Sequence record: SRR22947727_2297
DNA: 58,497 nt
Strand: one strand, 5' to 3'
In this document: positions 30,299 to 39,760 of the stretch, one piece after another
Layout: each line of letters starts with the position of its first letter
How positions within the stretch are numbered: position 1 is the stretch's first letter
The notes under the pieces: generated by a model
What the model saw: the letters and a program-made list of their open reading frames with translations, nothing else
Told to the model about the DNA's origin: nothing
Database searches by the model: none
Program-made: the position numbers and the translations under genes

Positions 30299-31264
30299 TC
30301 AAGGCTGAGAATACCGAATGTTGGAATTTTTACCGGGACCGCGATCAATCACAAGCGCGAGACAAATGAGTCCGATGGTTCCGACAACCCCTCCCACGAT
30401 GCTAAATGGCCCCAATGCATGGGTCGAAATCATGGTGACTCCAACGATGATGGGCGTGAAAATGATCAGCGCAATGATCAGGCCGCTGGAAGGTGGATCG
30501 AGCGGGTTTTCATAAAGTCGCAACTGAGCGCGGCCCAATTGAAGTCCATAAACAACAAACAGCGCTGAAGTGATTGCCCCGAGGATTACTCCAAGTGTCA
30601 TTTCCCACACCGAAGGCCCTCCGCCTGAACCGGAAAAACCCAACACGGGAAGTACGCATATCGAAGTGGTGATCGAGCAGGAAATCGCACACACGCCGAT
30701 GATGATGACACGGACTATGATGTTTCTGAATCCGGACGCGCCAATGACGATGCCATTGGACACTGCATTCCCCACGCCCAATACCGCGATCATCAGAATG
30801 CTCTCCACCACTCCGACTCCGCCGAGATAGTAGCGAGTCAGCGCATAGGGAATGAGGGAGACGAGCATGAGCCCGGCAAGAACGCTCCCCACGATCCATT
30901 TCCCCCGAACGATTTGCCACCGGGTGAGATTCGACATGAGAAGGAGTTCCACATTTCGCCCGCTCTGAAGTTCTGGTTGCAGGGCCCCGAACAGCGTCAT
31001 AGGCATCGCAAAGCCAAAGACGATATTTAACAGAAAAAAGAAAATGCCGCCAAACACATCGGCGCCGATAACGTCTCCAGCCTGATTTGAAACCGCCAAC
31101 TCAATCGCAACCGATCCCACCGCAATTAGTTGAACGGCCACGAAAGGAAACACAAACTGCTTTGCCCGGAGTCCCTGGCGAAGTTCTTTTACGAATACAG
31201 CTCCAAATCGTTCCGAAAAAGGAGTCAATCCATCAGGAGTTTGTATCTCATCGCTTTTTGCCAT
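30299..31264 (-). CDS. ABC-2-type permease-like membrane protein
   Basis: VFVKELRQGLR, ELLLMSNLTRWQIVRGKW motifs, multiple TM helices. Confidence 0.75.
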   Translation of the reverse strand: MAKSDEIQTPDGLTPFSERFGAVFVKELRQGLRAKQFVFPFVAVQLIAVGSVAIELAVSNQAGDVIGADVFGGIFFFLLNIVFGFAMPMTLFGALQPELQSGRNVELLLMSNLTRWQIVRGKWIVGSVLAGLMLVSLIPYALTRYYLGGVGVVESILMIAVLGVGNAVSNGIVIGASGFRNIIVRVIIIGVCAISCSITTSICVLPVLGFSGSGGGPSVWEMTLGVILGAITSALFVVYGLQLGRAQLRLYENPLDPPSSGLIIALIIFTPIIVGVTMISTHALGPFSIVGGVVGTIGLICLALVIDRGPGKNSNIRYSQP

Positions 31265-31338
31265 GCTAGTGTGAAGGCGCTAGGGTGCACTGAAAATGGA
31301 CTTCTCCGCAAGTCTACAAAATCAATAAATTAGAAAGC

Positions 31339-31983
31339 ATGGAAGAACTTCCCACCGAAGACGACCCCCAACCGAAACTGGATCCGGCTTCACTCAGAAT
31401 GACGGCAGCAAACGCTCTCATTCGGCGTCGCCGCACCATCAAACCGGCGGATATGCAGGATAAACCCGTCGAGAATCTCCATTTGGCGACTATTCTCGAA
31501 AACGCCAACAGCGCTCCAACGCATGGGAAAACGGAGCCCTGGCGGTTCACTGTATTTTCCGGTGACGGACGCCAGCGCGTCGCGGATTTTTTGCCGGCAC
31601 TTTATAAAAAGTCGACCTCTGAAGAGGACTTTCGTCAGGATAAATTCGAAAAGCTTGGCAAACAGCCGCTCATGGCACCCGTGGTTATTGCTATTTGCAT
31701 GAAACGTCAGGCCATCGAGAAAATTCCTGAAATTGAGGAGATTGAGGCGGTTGCTTGCGCCGTCCAAAACATGCATCTGACTGCTTCGGCTTTGGGATTG
31801 GCGGCATTTTGGTCCACGCCCCCCATTGTTTACTCCGATGAAATGCGGATTTGGCTTGGTTTAGAGAGCGAGAAAGACAAATGCCTCGGCTTTTTCTATC
31901 TGGGCTGGCCCCGGGAGGATTTTGAGTGGCCTGAATCTACACGAGGCGGAATTGCAGAAAAAGTGACGTTCATTCACAACTGA
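31339..31983 (+). CDS. Nitroreductase (YdjA-like)
   Basis: IRRRRTI, APTHGKTEPWRF, AVQNMHLTA, GFFYLG. Confidence 0.92.
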   Translation: MEELPTEDDPQPKLDPASLRMTAANALIRRRRTIKPADMQDKPVENLHLATILENANSAPTHGKTEPWRFTVFSGDGRQRVADFLPALYKKSTSEEDFRQDKFEKLGKQPLMAPVVIAICMKRQAIEKIPEIEEIEAVACAVQNMHLTASALGLAAFWSTPPIVYSDEMRIWLGLESEKDKCLGFFYLGWPREDFEWPESTRGGIAEKVTFIHN

Positions 31984-32011
31984 CTCTTTTGATGAAGCTC
32001 CCTTTAACAAT

Positions 32012-32560
32012 ATGATCCTTGCTGAATTCAAAGACTGGTTTGATTGGTTCCCCGCGGAAGCCGCCGGCGATGCGATTAAATGGACAATCATCCTAATCCT
32101 TATCATCGTAGGGTTTCTGGGCACCTTTCTTCCCATTCTGCCGGGCACCACGATGATTTGGATCGGCATGCTGGTGCACTATTTTTCACTGGGAATGGAG
32201 TCCAGTGGCCTCGCCTGGCAAGGGCTCGTCTTCGTGACCATTCTTTATATCCTATCGCTAATCATTGACTGGTTCAGCGGTGCGATCGGCGCCAAATGGT
32301 TTGGATCCAGCAAGTGGGGAATCGTCGGCGCCATCGTCGGGGGCATCATCGGTTTGTTCTTCAACATCCCCGGGCTCATTTTGGGGCCCATTATCGGAGT
32401 TTTTGTCTTTGAGCTCGCTTTTGCGAAAAAAGAGGTCAAACAAGCTTCAAATTCGACCGTAGGAACCGTCGTGGGAGGCATCGCAGGCTTGATCGGAAAA
32501 GTGATCTTAGCGTGTGGAATGGTTCTTTGGTATGTGGGAGACGTGTTTTTTGTGAACTGA
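32012..32560 (+). CDS. DUF456 family membrane protein
   Basis: LPILPG, GAKWFGSSKWGIVGAIVG, LILGPIIG. Confidence 0.88.
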   Translation: MILAEFKDWFDWFPAEAAGDAIKWTIILILIIVGFLGTFLPILPGTTMIWIGMLVHYFSLGMESSGLAWQGLVFVTILYILSLIIDWFSGAIGAKWFGSSKWGIVGAIVGGIIGLFFNIPGLILGPIIGVFVFELAFAKKEVKQASNSTVGTVVGGIAGLIGKVILACGMVLWYVGDVFFVN

Positions 32561-32583
32561 GAATTTCGTCCAAAAAGCTACGA

Positions 32584-33108
32584 TTAGCGTCCCCCAAAAG
32601 CTTTGGTCGATGGATTGATCGAACCATCCGGCATTGCGATGTGAGCCCCTTTGCCGTGAAGATCACCCCGCTCTACCAGCCAGGGTTGATTCCAGCGATG
32701 GGGGGTAATCATGAATCCATCAAATGCGGTGGGAATGTAACTTCCGGTTTTTTCCTTTTTGAATTTCTCTTTATTGATTTTGTCGGAAGGACACAGCCAA
32801 TTTTCCTCAGAAATTCCATAAGGCTCGATTGATTTCATCCAAAACGTAAAATACTCAGTTTCAGAAAACTCCATCGCTTCCGGAGGCAACTGCGGCCAAT
32901 GCCCCTGGTCAATCAAATAACTGCTGAGGCCACTGTGGACTGTCCTCATCTTCGAAAGACACTGAGCGGTCTCAGCTCGTTTTCTAAAACTATCTGAGAT
33001 CGAAATCACCACCCCTGCCAAGATGGCCACGACGGCAAACACAACCAAAATCTCTAGAAGCGTCATGCCACGAGTTTTATTCGATTGAGTTGCTCTTACC
33101 AGATTCAT
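32584..33108 (-). CDS. Prepilin-type N-terminal cleavage/methylation protein (PVC H-X9-DG type)
   Basis: RG|MTLLEILVVFAVVAILA class III signal; WLCPSD; HGKGAHIAMPDG. Confidence 0.85.
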   Translation of the reverse strand: MNLVRATQSNKTRGMTLLEILVVFAVVAILAGVVISISDSFRKRAETAQCLSKMRTVHSGLSSYLIDQGHWPQLPPEAMEFSETEYFTFWMKSIEPYGISEENWLCPSDKINKEKFKKEKTGSYIPTAFDGFMITPHRWNQPWLVERGDLHGKGAHIAMPDGSINPSTKAFGGR

Positions 33109-33135
33109 CCCCTTTTGACCGCTAGCAATTTACAT

Positions 33136-33171
33136 AAAAAAGGGGGAAAGGAACTTTAGCTCCGATCCCCC
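33136..33171 (-). terminator. Intrinsic terminator after 33196..33873
   Basis: GGGGGATCGGAGC...GTTCCTTTCCCCC followed by TTTTTT on the minus strand. Confidence 0.65.
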
Positions 33172-33195
33172 AAATAATTCTAAAAAAGATCTCCG

Positions 33196-33873
33196 TTATG
33201 GGAGAACCTGTGTGGTTACTCGAGTTCCGTATACTAAGAACCGGCGGGCTGATCCACGCTGTTTGAAAATATCGCTTGAACCGCCAGATGAAGTTTCATT
33301 GCGAGTGAAAGTCCCGTTTGGAGTCGTTTGAGTGAACGTATGCGTCTCAACGACAGTGTCAGTTTGCCCAGAAAAGGAAACTGTTCCAGAACCGTTAAAA
33401 CGCACTACGGGAAACTTCTGTTTAATTTTAGCGACCCAAGAGGAGTTCGCAAAACCGATGTTGTTTCCTATTGAACCTACGAAGTTCCTGTTGTCGAGGG
33501 TGGTACCTCCAGCAACAGCATTACCAGTAGCGGAAACGATTCCCAACTCAGAATTCGCAATCCCCAAAGTATTACCGACATAATGCACACCGCGATAGTA
33601 CCAAATATTCGGTGACGCTGCACCAAGGATACCGCCAAAACTTATGTTTGAGGAAACGAACCCACCCCCGGCGCCTTCGGATGAAACTCCATTGTTCCGA
33701 ACTGCAAAACGATAAAATCCCAATCCATTCTCAACGGTTGCATACGCTTCGTAAACTCCATCGTCACCGTTCACAAAATGTGAGTTATTGCTAAATGGAC
33801 CACCAATCCAAGCTTGCACTTGCGCAGCTGGCATCAATACGATGGCGAGAAAAATTCCTAATACCTTTTTCAT
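33196..33873 (-). CDS. Secreted Gly/Ser/Thr-rich hypothetical protein
   Basis: Signal peptide MKKVLG...VQA; start at ATG 33873. Confidence 0.75.
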   Translation of the reverse strand: MKKVLGIFLAIVLMPAAQVQAWIGGPFSNNSHFVNGDDGVYEAYATVENGLGFYRFAVRNNGVSSEGAGGGFVSSNISFGGILGAASPNIWYYRGVHYVGNTLGIANSELGIVSATGNAVAGGTTLDNRNFVGSIGNNIGFANSSWVAKIKQKFPVVRFNGSGTVSFSGQTDTVVETHTFTQTTPNGTFTRNETSSGGSSDIFKQRGSARRFLVYGTRVTTQVLP

Positions 33874-33980
33874 TACAATTTGTCGTTGAGTGTTTCGAGG
33901 ACTCGATCTTTTATCAAGAACCACCAATTTGAGACGTTTTGAGCGCTCTGTGCAAGGAAAAAACAAAATTTTGTGACTTT

Positions 33981-34820
33981 ATGTTGAAGAACCCTTTTTG
34001 GAGACACCTACTGACAATGGGAATTATCAATATTAATGATGATTCTTTCTCGGGTGACGGAACCCTAAATACAGAGACGGCCCTCTCCACTTCGCAGGCA
34101 ATGATCAGTGCCGGAGCCGATTTTATCGATGTCGGAGCCGAGTCCGCCCGGACAAATCGCGACGCCATCTCGATTTCAGCTGAAATTGACAGGCTGACCC
34201 CTTTTATAAACCGGTTCGATTCCAAGCAGGCGCGGCTATCGATCAATACTTGGCGGCCTGAGATCATTCGGGCGGTTTTGGAAATTCCAAACAACGGGAT
34301 TGATCTCATCAATGATATTTCGGGGCTTCCCACGCCTGAAAATGCTGAAATCTGCGCTTCCAGTGATGCCAGCCTTCTCATCATGCACACCGTTGGAATT
34401 CCTAAAGTTCCGCATACAGAGCAACAGTGGGATGATGTTCTTGCCGCGATCGATTCGTTCTTTACCGAAAAAATTCGAGTCGCCGAATCAGCAGGCCTAT
34501 CGAGAAATAAGATCGTGCTGGATCCAGGAATCGATTTCGCGAAGCAAAGAGACGATAACCTCGTGATCTATCGCCACCTCGAACGCTTGGTTCAGAATTT
34601 CGCTGAATTCCCCATTCTGTTGCCGATTTCGCGAAAAACGGTGATTGGAGATGTCTTAGGCTTGGAAAACCCAGTTGAACGGGATGCGGGCACGATAGCC
34701 TGCCTCGTCCGTGGCATTCGCGCCGGAGCATCCATATTTCGAGTTCACGATGTCGCAGCCTGCGCAAACACCATTCGGACACTTTCGCCGATCACTCGCC
34801 CGCAGAGAAAATTTCCCTGA
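33981..34820 (+). CDS. folP: Dihydropteroate synthase
   Basis: MGIININDDSFSGDG, IDVGAESAR, DPGIDFAK, ISRK, FRVHDV; exact start uncertain. Confidence 0.93.
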   Translation: MLKNPFWRHLLTMGIININDDSFSGDGTLNTETALSTSQAMISAGADFIDVGAESARTNRDAISISAEIDRLTPFINRFDSKQARLSINTWRPEIIRAVLEIPNNGIDLINDISGLPTPENAEICASSDASLLIMHTVGIPKVPHTEQQWDDVLAAIDSFFTEKIRVAESAGLSRNKIVLDPGIDFAKQRDDNLVIYRHLERLVQNFAEFPILLPISRKTVIGDVLGLENPVERDAGTIACLVRGIRAGASIFRVHDVAACANTIRTLSPITRPQRKFP

Positions 34821-35463
34821 GCCAGGGGACGTTCACTTCTTCCATTGATTTCACCCGTCGCGTCGCGCCCTCAAAATCAAGCAGCGCGGTAATGCGGTTT
34901 GGCACCACCACACAGGGGCTTCCCGCTGTGATCGATGCCTTCAGACCATTCAATGAGTCCTCAAAAACGATCGCCTCCTGTGGTTCCACGCCCAGTCCTT
35001 TAGCCGCCGCGAGAAATAACTCAGGCGAGGGTTTTGGCGCAGACACATCGTCAATCGTTCGGGTCAGCTCAAACCGGTCCATCAAACCAATTCGATTCAG
35101 ATGTTGCTCCACCCAACTGCGCGGAGAACTTGACGCCACCGCACACGGAATACCGACCGCTTCAGCCTCATCCAACAGCGCAATGATCCCCGGCATTGGG
35201 CCCAGTAGATCCACCGCATCATGAGCCCGCTGCTCCCGAGCCGCATCCAATTTGCCCCATTCAATGGTTTCGCCAGTCAGTGTTTCCAAATGCTTTTGCG
35301 GATCGAATCCACCAAAGTCACTCCCCACACAGCCGACATAATCATCCAAGCTCAGCTCCTGACCGAATTCCGCGTAATCCACTTGCCACGCATCAAAAAT
35401 CGGAACCTCCGTGTCCACGATCAGTCCATCAAAATCAAAAATAAGTGCCCGTGGTTTTGGCAT
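34792..35463 (-). CDS. HAD-superfamily phosphatase (beta-PGM/CbbY-like)
   Basis: FDFDGLIVDTE, ASSS, KPSPELF, FEDSLNG. Confidence 0.92.
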   Translation of the reverse strand: MPKPRALIFDFDGLIVDTEVPIFDAWQVDYAEFGQELSLDDYVGCVGSDFGGFDPQKHLETLTGETIEWGKLDAAREQRAHDAVDLLGPMPGIIALLDEAEAVGIPCAVASSSPRSWVEQHLNRIGLMDRFELTRTIDDVSAPKPSPELFLAAAKGLGVEPQEAIVFEDSLNGLKASITAGSPCVVVPNRITALLDFEGATRRVKSMEEVNVPWLREIFSAGE

Positions 35464-35505
35464 AAAAATTCAACGTGAAATTTTCACTTTGGTGCAATCG
35501 GTTTT

Positions 35506-36063
35506 CTAAATCCCAAACTCTTGTTTCAGCCGAGCCAACGCTGCCGGGACCCCTTCGCCGATCTCCAAAACCAGCACACTTTCTTCCGCAGGATTCGGCT
35601 CCTCCAATGTTTCAAACTGACTGTCCAACAGCGACGGCTGCATATATTCGTGGTCCCGACTGGTGACATGTCCCCAAATCGTATCACGATCGCCATGCAA
35701 ATATATCAGCAACGTATTCTTGAAACCTTCGAGTAGATAGTCCCGGTATTCCCGCTTCAGAGCAGAACACGCCAGCAATACCGGTTTTCCGTCTTCCGAT
35801 TCCGCAATGGCCTTCGCCGTCTCTGCACGGAGCACATCAAACCACGGCCACCGATCGTCATCCGTCAGCGGAACACCACTGCCCATTTTCTCCTTATTCG
35901 CTGGCGGGTGAAAATCATCTCCATCGAGAAATCGCCACCCTTTTGTCGTTTCCAAAATCGTCCCCAACGTAGACTTTCCGCAGCCCGACACGCCCATCAG
36001 GACCATTAAATCCGGCATCGGTGAAAAATTCGCCGGGTTTTCGCTCTTTGCGTCACTGCTCAT
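35506..36063 (-). CDS. gntK: Gluconokinase (GntK/IdnK type)
   Basis: MGVSGCGKST, DGDDFHP, PLTDDDRWPW, ACSALKR, LLDSQFETLE. Confidence 0.9.
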   Translation of the reverse strand: MSSDAKSENPANFSPMPDLMVLMGVSGCGKSTLGTILETTKGWRFLDGDDFHPPANKEKMGSGVPLTDDDRWPWFDVLRAETAKAIAESEDGKPVLLACSALKREYRDYLLEGFKNTLLIYLHGDRDTIWGHVTSRDHEYMQPSLLDSQFETLEEPNPAEESVLVLEIGEGVPAALARLKQEFGI

Positions 36064-36096
36064 AATTGTAAAACTGGTTTCGTAGAACACTCGTTT

Positions 36097-37494
36097 TTAG
36101 CCAAAAACAGGCTCAGGCAATTCGCGCTCGATCTCATCGCCGCGATAGCCGAATCCGCCTTGGTCACTCAAAGTCGATCCATCTAAAATGCCTTCACTCC
36201 GTGAAAATAATCGTGGATGAACCGCTTCTTCCAGCAAACTCGCGGCAGGGTAAAATTGCATGCTATTACTCTCAATCCCCATGATCGTTCCCGCGTGTGC
36301 CGCCAGTAGAAAGTGCGGAATCTGCGCCAGCATCGGATTCGTCAAATCCTGAACCATCAGCGTCATGCCATGAGCTTTAGCCCAGCAAAGGCTCAGCAAC
36401 GCTCCCGTTTGAGTTTTACAGGTTTTCAAAGCAACGCCGGTCCAGCCAAGTTCGCGGCCCATCTTCACAAAACGCCAGTCGTGCGCGCTTTCATCCATGA
36501 ACAATGGCTTCCGTGCCGATACGCTGTGGACATCGATTTTGTTCGCCTCCAAATCATAGGGAAAGGGCTGCTCCACATACAAAATCCGCTGATACGTTCT
36601 CGGAGCATCGTCTTTCAACTCATCCAGAATCCCGTTCACATAGGCCGGATCCGTCACCATGCAGTTGAAATCCGTCGTCAACCAATCCACGTCCATTTCC
36701 TCACAAATATCTCCGATCGCCTTCAATCGCGCGTAATCCCAATCGCGATCATTTCCGCGCAGCTTCACTTTCAAGCAATTCAACCCATCCGTCGAAATCC
36801 AATCACGCAGCAACACCGGATAACCATCATCCATCGGCTCGTCACCCGTCAATTCGTCTTCAGAAATCGGATCCAATCCACCGACCAAATGCCACACGGG
36901 CAGTTTTTTAGGCGCGTCTGAAATTAAAAAATCGACTGGAAATTTCCCCGCAAAATCATCCGATTCTCCCGGGAAAAACGCCGCCAAATCACGACTCAAG
37001 AAATCGGAATTGTAGGTTTTGTAAATCGGCAGTTCGTGCAGCACGCCATACGCATCGTGTGCCGCAATGTCGAACAGTGAAAAGGCAACCAACGCAGCCA
37101 AATGTGGCAAATGAGCCGCTTCCTCGCGGTTCTCGTTGAATTTTTCCTGAAGCTGCTCGAGTTCCGTTTCGATAAAATCATGCCCAATTTCCATCGCGTG
37201 TCCTAATGATGAAAACTCAGAAAATGCCCGCGCCACTTCGACCGTAAAAACTTCCATCGCTTCACCGCGTTCGTCGAAACTGATTGGTGCCGGCCAGACC
37301 CAGCCAACCGAAAGCGGCGTTTCACCCCAGCCGACAGCCGTTTTTCCCGTGGCCGGACATTCCACAGTGACGCGTGCGCGAGCGCAGGTCACCGAATCCA
37401 GAACCTGATTTCCAAACTTCAGCGGCACCCGCATTTTTACGGGGATAAAATAAAGCGCGACGTCTTTGATCTGGATATCCGTTTCTTTCGACAT
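36097..37494 (-). CDS. Enolase-superfamily (mandelate racemase/muconate lactonizing-like) protein
   Basis: KVKLRG, YVEQPF, MDESAH, ALKTCK metal-ligand pattern. Confidence 0.85.
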   Translation of the reverse strand: MSKETDIQIKDVALYFIPVKMRVPLKFGNQVLDSVTCARARVTVECPATGKTAVGWGETPLSVGWVWPAPISFDERGEAMEVFTVEVARAFSEFSSLGHAMEIGHDFIETELEQLQEKFNENREEAAHLPHLAALVAFSLFDIAAHDAYGVLHELPIYKTYNSDFLSRDLAAFFPGESDDFAGKFPVDFLISDAPKKLPVWHLVGGLDPISEDELTGDEPMDDGYPVLLRDWISTDGLNCLKVKLRGNDRDWDYARLKAIGDICEEMDVDWLTTDFNCMVTDPAYVNGILDELKDDAPRTYQRILYVEQPFPYDLEANKIDVHSVSARKPLFMDESAHDWRFVKMGRELGWTGVALKTCKTQTGALLSLCWAKAHGMTLMVQDLTNPMLAQIPHFLLAAHAGTIMGIESNSMQFYPAASLLEEAVHPRLFSRSEGILDGSTLSDQGGFGYRGDEIERELPEPVFG

Positions 37495-37616
37495 GTGCCG
37501 AGTGTGGCGCGAAACGAAGGGCCGGTCAACTGGCCGAAACGAACGAACAGATCCAAAAGCTGGCTTGCCCAGCGCTCCGAGGAAGGACGGAACGTCTTCC
37601 GCAGGATGTCTCTATA

Positions 37617-37712
37617 CGAATCAACAGGGTCTGTTCGTCGATCGAACCCTGTTGGATCGAAATGGTCCCCGATCCAATAGGGTTGGTTAATCAATCAGAT
37701 ACTGTCTGATCG
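37617..37712. repeat. 21-bp palindromic repeat array (4 units: pair, 10-nt spacer, pair)
   Basis: cgaatcaa-caggg-tctgttcg t cgatcgaa-ccctg-ttggatcg N10 cgatccaa-taggg-ttggttaa t caatcaga-tactg-tctgatcg. Confidence 0.85.
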
Positions 37713-39131
37713 TGAAATCAACTTCGAGTCCATCACCAACAACGGCTTGCGATGGCGTTTGCTGGTCGCTGCATTCACAGGCTTGTGAAGCTCAAATACA
37801 TACCCTTCGCTCGTGAGAATGAAAATCTCTCCGCCGGGGCCGGGACGAATCGCATTGACGGATGCCATCAGCGGTTCTTCATCGGAATCTTTCGCTATGT
37901 TGGGATCGCTGATCAGTTTGAGCCCACCAGCAGATTCATCAGGCTGAGCTTTCGCAGCGAGAAGCCGACCGGTTGTGGTCGCAACGATGATTTTTCCTGC
38001 CAAAATCGGGAAACGCTCACCACGATAAACGAAACCACCAACGACTTTATCGGATTTCCGACCAAACTCGACGTGGGGGGCGGTGACGCCTTCTGTTGGG
38101 CGGCTGCCTTCGCTAGGTGGGAAAAAGAACGAGCCTTCGCATAAATCCCATCCGAAATGCTCGCCGCCATATCCGCTGATATTGACCTCTTCAAGATTTT
38201 CTTTGCCGGTGTCGCCAATGCACAGCCACTCGCGAAACGGATCGAACTGCAGACCATGAGGAGCGCGAAGCCCATAGCACCAGATTTCAGGAATCGCGCT
38301 GTCGATCACGGCGAGGGGATTCCGCTTTGGCAATCCGTATTGACCGTTTTTGGAATTGTCTCCCAGAGGATCGATCCGCAAAACCTTCCCGTAGGGGTTT
38401 GAAAGCGACATCGCATTTCGAGAAGGTGAATTTTTCCCGATTTTAGATTCTGCACCGTCGCCAATGGCGACAAACAGGTTTCCGCGGTGATCAAAGGCAA
38501 GCCCCGCCATATTGTGTTCAATCCCGGGCTGGCTGAGACGAAGCATTTCTCGGCGCTCGCCTTCAAATGTAACCGCGCCTGGCGTTGTTGTTTTGAATTC
38601 CACGAGAACGTCCTGATGATGTTCACTGGAAACCGCAAACTCAGGGCGGAAATCAACCTCACCGGCACCTGCTTTCTCCGGAATGATTGCATAAAAACGA
38701 CCGAATCCTTTGGACTCTTCGTTCAAATACGCGGGATGAAATATAAGCGCCGTAAACGGAATTGCTTCATCGGTTTTCTCATTCGCGAGGTCGAAATACT
38801 CCGTGGTTTCATTGGCGTCTGAATCCGGATTTTCCACGGTCGGAGCGATTCGGGTAATTTTCCCACTTTCATCCAGGAGATAACCCGTTCCTGCATGATC
38901 GAAGGCAAGGTCCACAGGATTTTCTGACTGCGCAAAAAGAACGGTCGCGGCTTCCAATTCGCGGTCCCGAATGATCGGAATCGGGTTGTTCGATGACACT
39001 CCGTGAGAGCTCGCAATCTCGTGGTCGGTTGGGAAAAATGAAGTGACCAGTAAATAGCTTGCTGCTCCCAGAATCGCCCAGAGGCAAAAAAGGCCAACAA
39101 ATCTAAAAGTATTAATGAGAGATCGAAACAT
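37695..39131 (-). CDS. Glucose/sorbosone (PQQ-type) dehydrogenase-like beta-propeller
   Basis: HNMAGLAFD, GKVLRIDP, EIWCYGLRAP, GDTG...EEVN, FGW, VVGGFVYRG. Confidence 0.85.
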   Translation of the reverse strand: MFRSLINTFRFVGLFCLWAILGAASYLLVTSFFPTDHEIASSHGVSSNNPIPIIRDRELEAATVLFAQSENPVDLAFDHAGTGYLLDESGKITRIAPTVENPDSDANETTEYFDLANEKTDEAIPFTALIFHPAYLNEESKGFGRFYAIIPEKAGAGEVDFRPEFAVSSEHHQDVLVEFKTTTPGAVTFEGERREMLRLSQPGIEHNMAGLAFDHRGNLFVAIGDGAESKIGKNSPSRNAMSLSNPYGKVLRIDPLGDNSKNGQYGLPKRNPLAVIDSAIPEIWCYGLRAPHGLQFDPFREWLCIGDTGKENLEEVNISGYGGEHFGWDLCEGSFFFPPSEGSRPTEGVTAPHVEFGRKSDKVVGGFVYRGERFPILAGKIIVATTTGRLLAAKAQPDESAGGLKLISDPNIAKDSDEEPLMASVNAIRPGPGGEIFILTSEGYVFELHKPVNAATSKRHRKPLLVMDSKLISRSDSI

Positions 39132-39324
39132 TGGAACGGGAGTGGGCGGGTCGGTAATCAGAGACGAATTTGCGAGTAATTCGCGATAATTTCAGTAATT
39201 ATAGTCATTTTTAAAAAGAATTGCAAGAATGAAACTCAATTTAGAGGAATTTTATAAAATTTCTCTAAATTTTGCGAGTTTAAATGTGCTGGACTCCAAA
39301 TCTTTTTCGGTTTTTCTGTGGAGC

Positions 39325-39750
39325 ATGTCACTTTCAGTTCTCACCGATCAATTCAGCATCAACACCCGCGGAAAAGGCACCACCGAGATCACGGAGGAGG
39401 TCGAAGGGCTGGTTGCAGAAAGCGGTATCGACAACGGACAGGTTACCGTTTTTGTTCAACACACCAGCGCGAGCCTCGTGATCATGGAAAATGCAGACCC
39501 ATCTGCGCGGACCGACCTGCATGCGTTTTTCGATCACCTCGTGCCGGAGAATCTGCCGTTTCTCGTTCACACCTGCGAAGGCCCGGACGACAGCCCGAGT
39601 CATTTACGGATGGCGCTGACCCGTACCAGCGAAGTAATCCCTATTATAGGAGGCCGGATGGTTTTAGGAACCTGGCAGGGAATTTATTTATTCGAACACC
39701 GAACCGCGCCTCATACCCGGCGAATTTCCGTTTCCGTGATTGGCGAGTAA
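39325..39750 (+). CDS. yjbQ: YjbQ / secondary thiamine-phosphate synthase family (UPF0047)
   Basis: HTSASL, ENADP, HTCEGPDDSPSH, LGTWQGIYLFEH; start at ATG 39325. Confidence 0.92.
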   Translation: MSLSVLTDQFSINTRGKGTTEITEEVEGLVAESGIDNGQVTVFVQHTSASLVIMENADPSARTDLHAFFDHLVPENLPFLVHTCEGPDDSPSHLRMALTRTSEVIPIIGGRMVLGTWQGIYLFEHRTAPHTRRISVSVIGE

Positions 39751-39760
39751 ATCAGATTGA

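Noticed and set aside
37617-37712. Repeat arrays as a mini-CRISPR
   Set aside because: Units abut with 1-nt or 10/11-nt links, there are no unique 30-40-nt spacers, copies are degenerate and no cas genes are present
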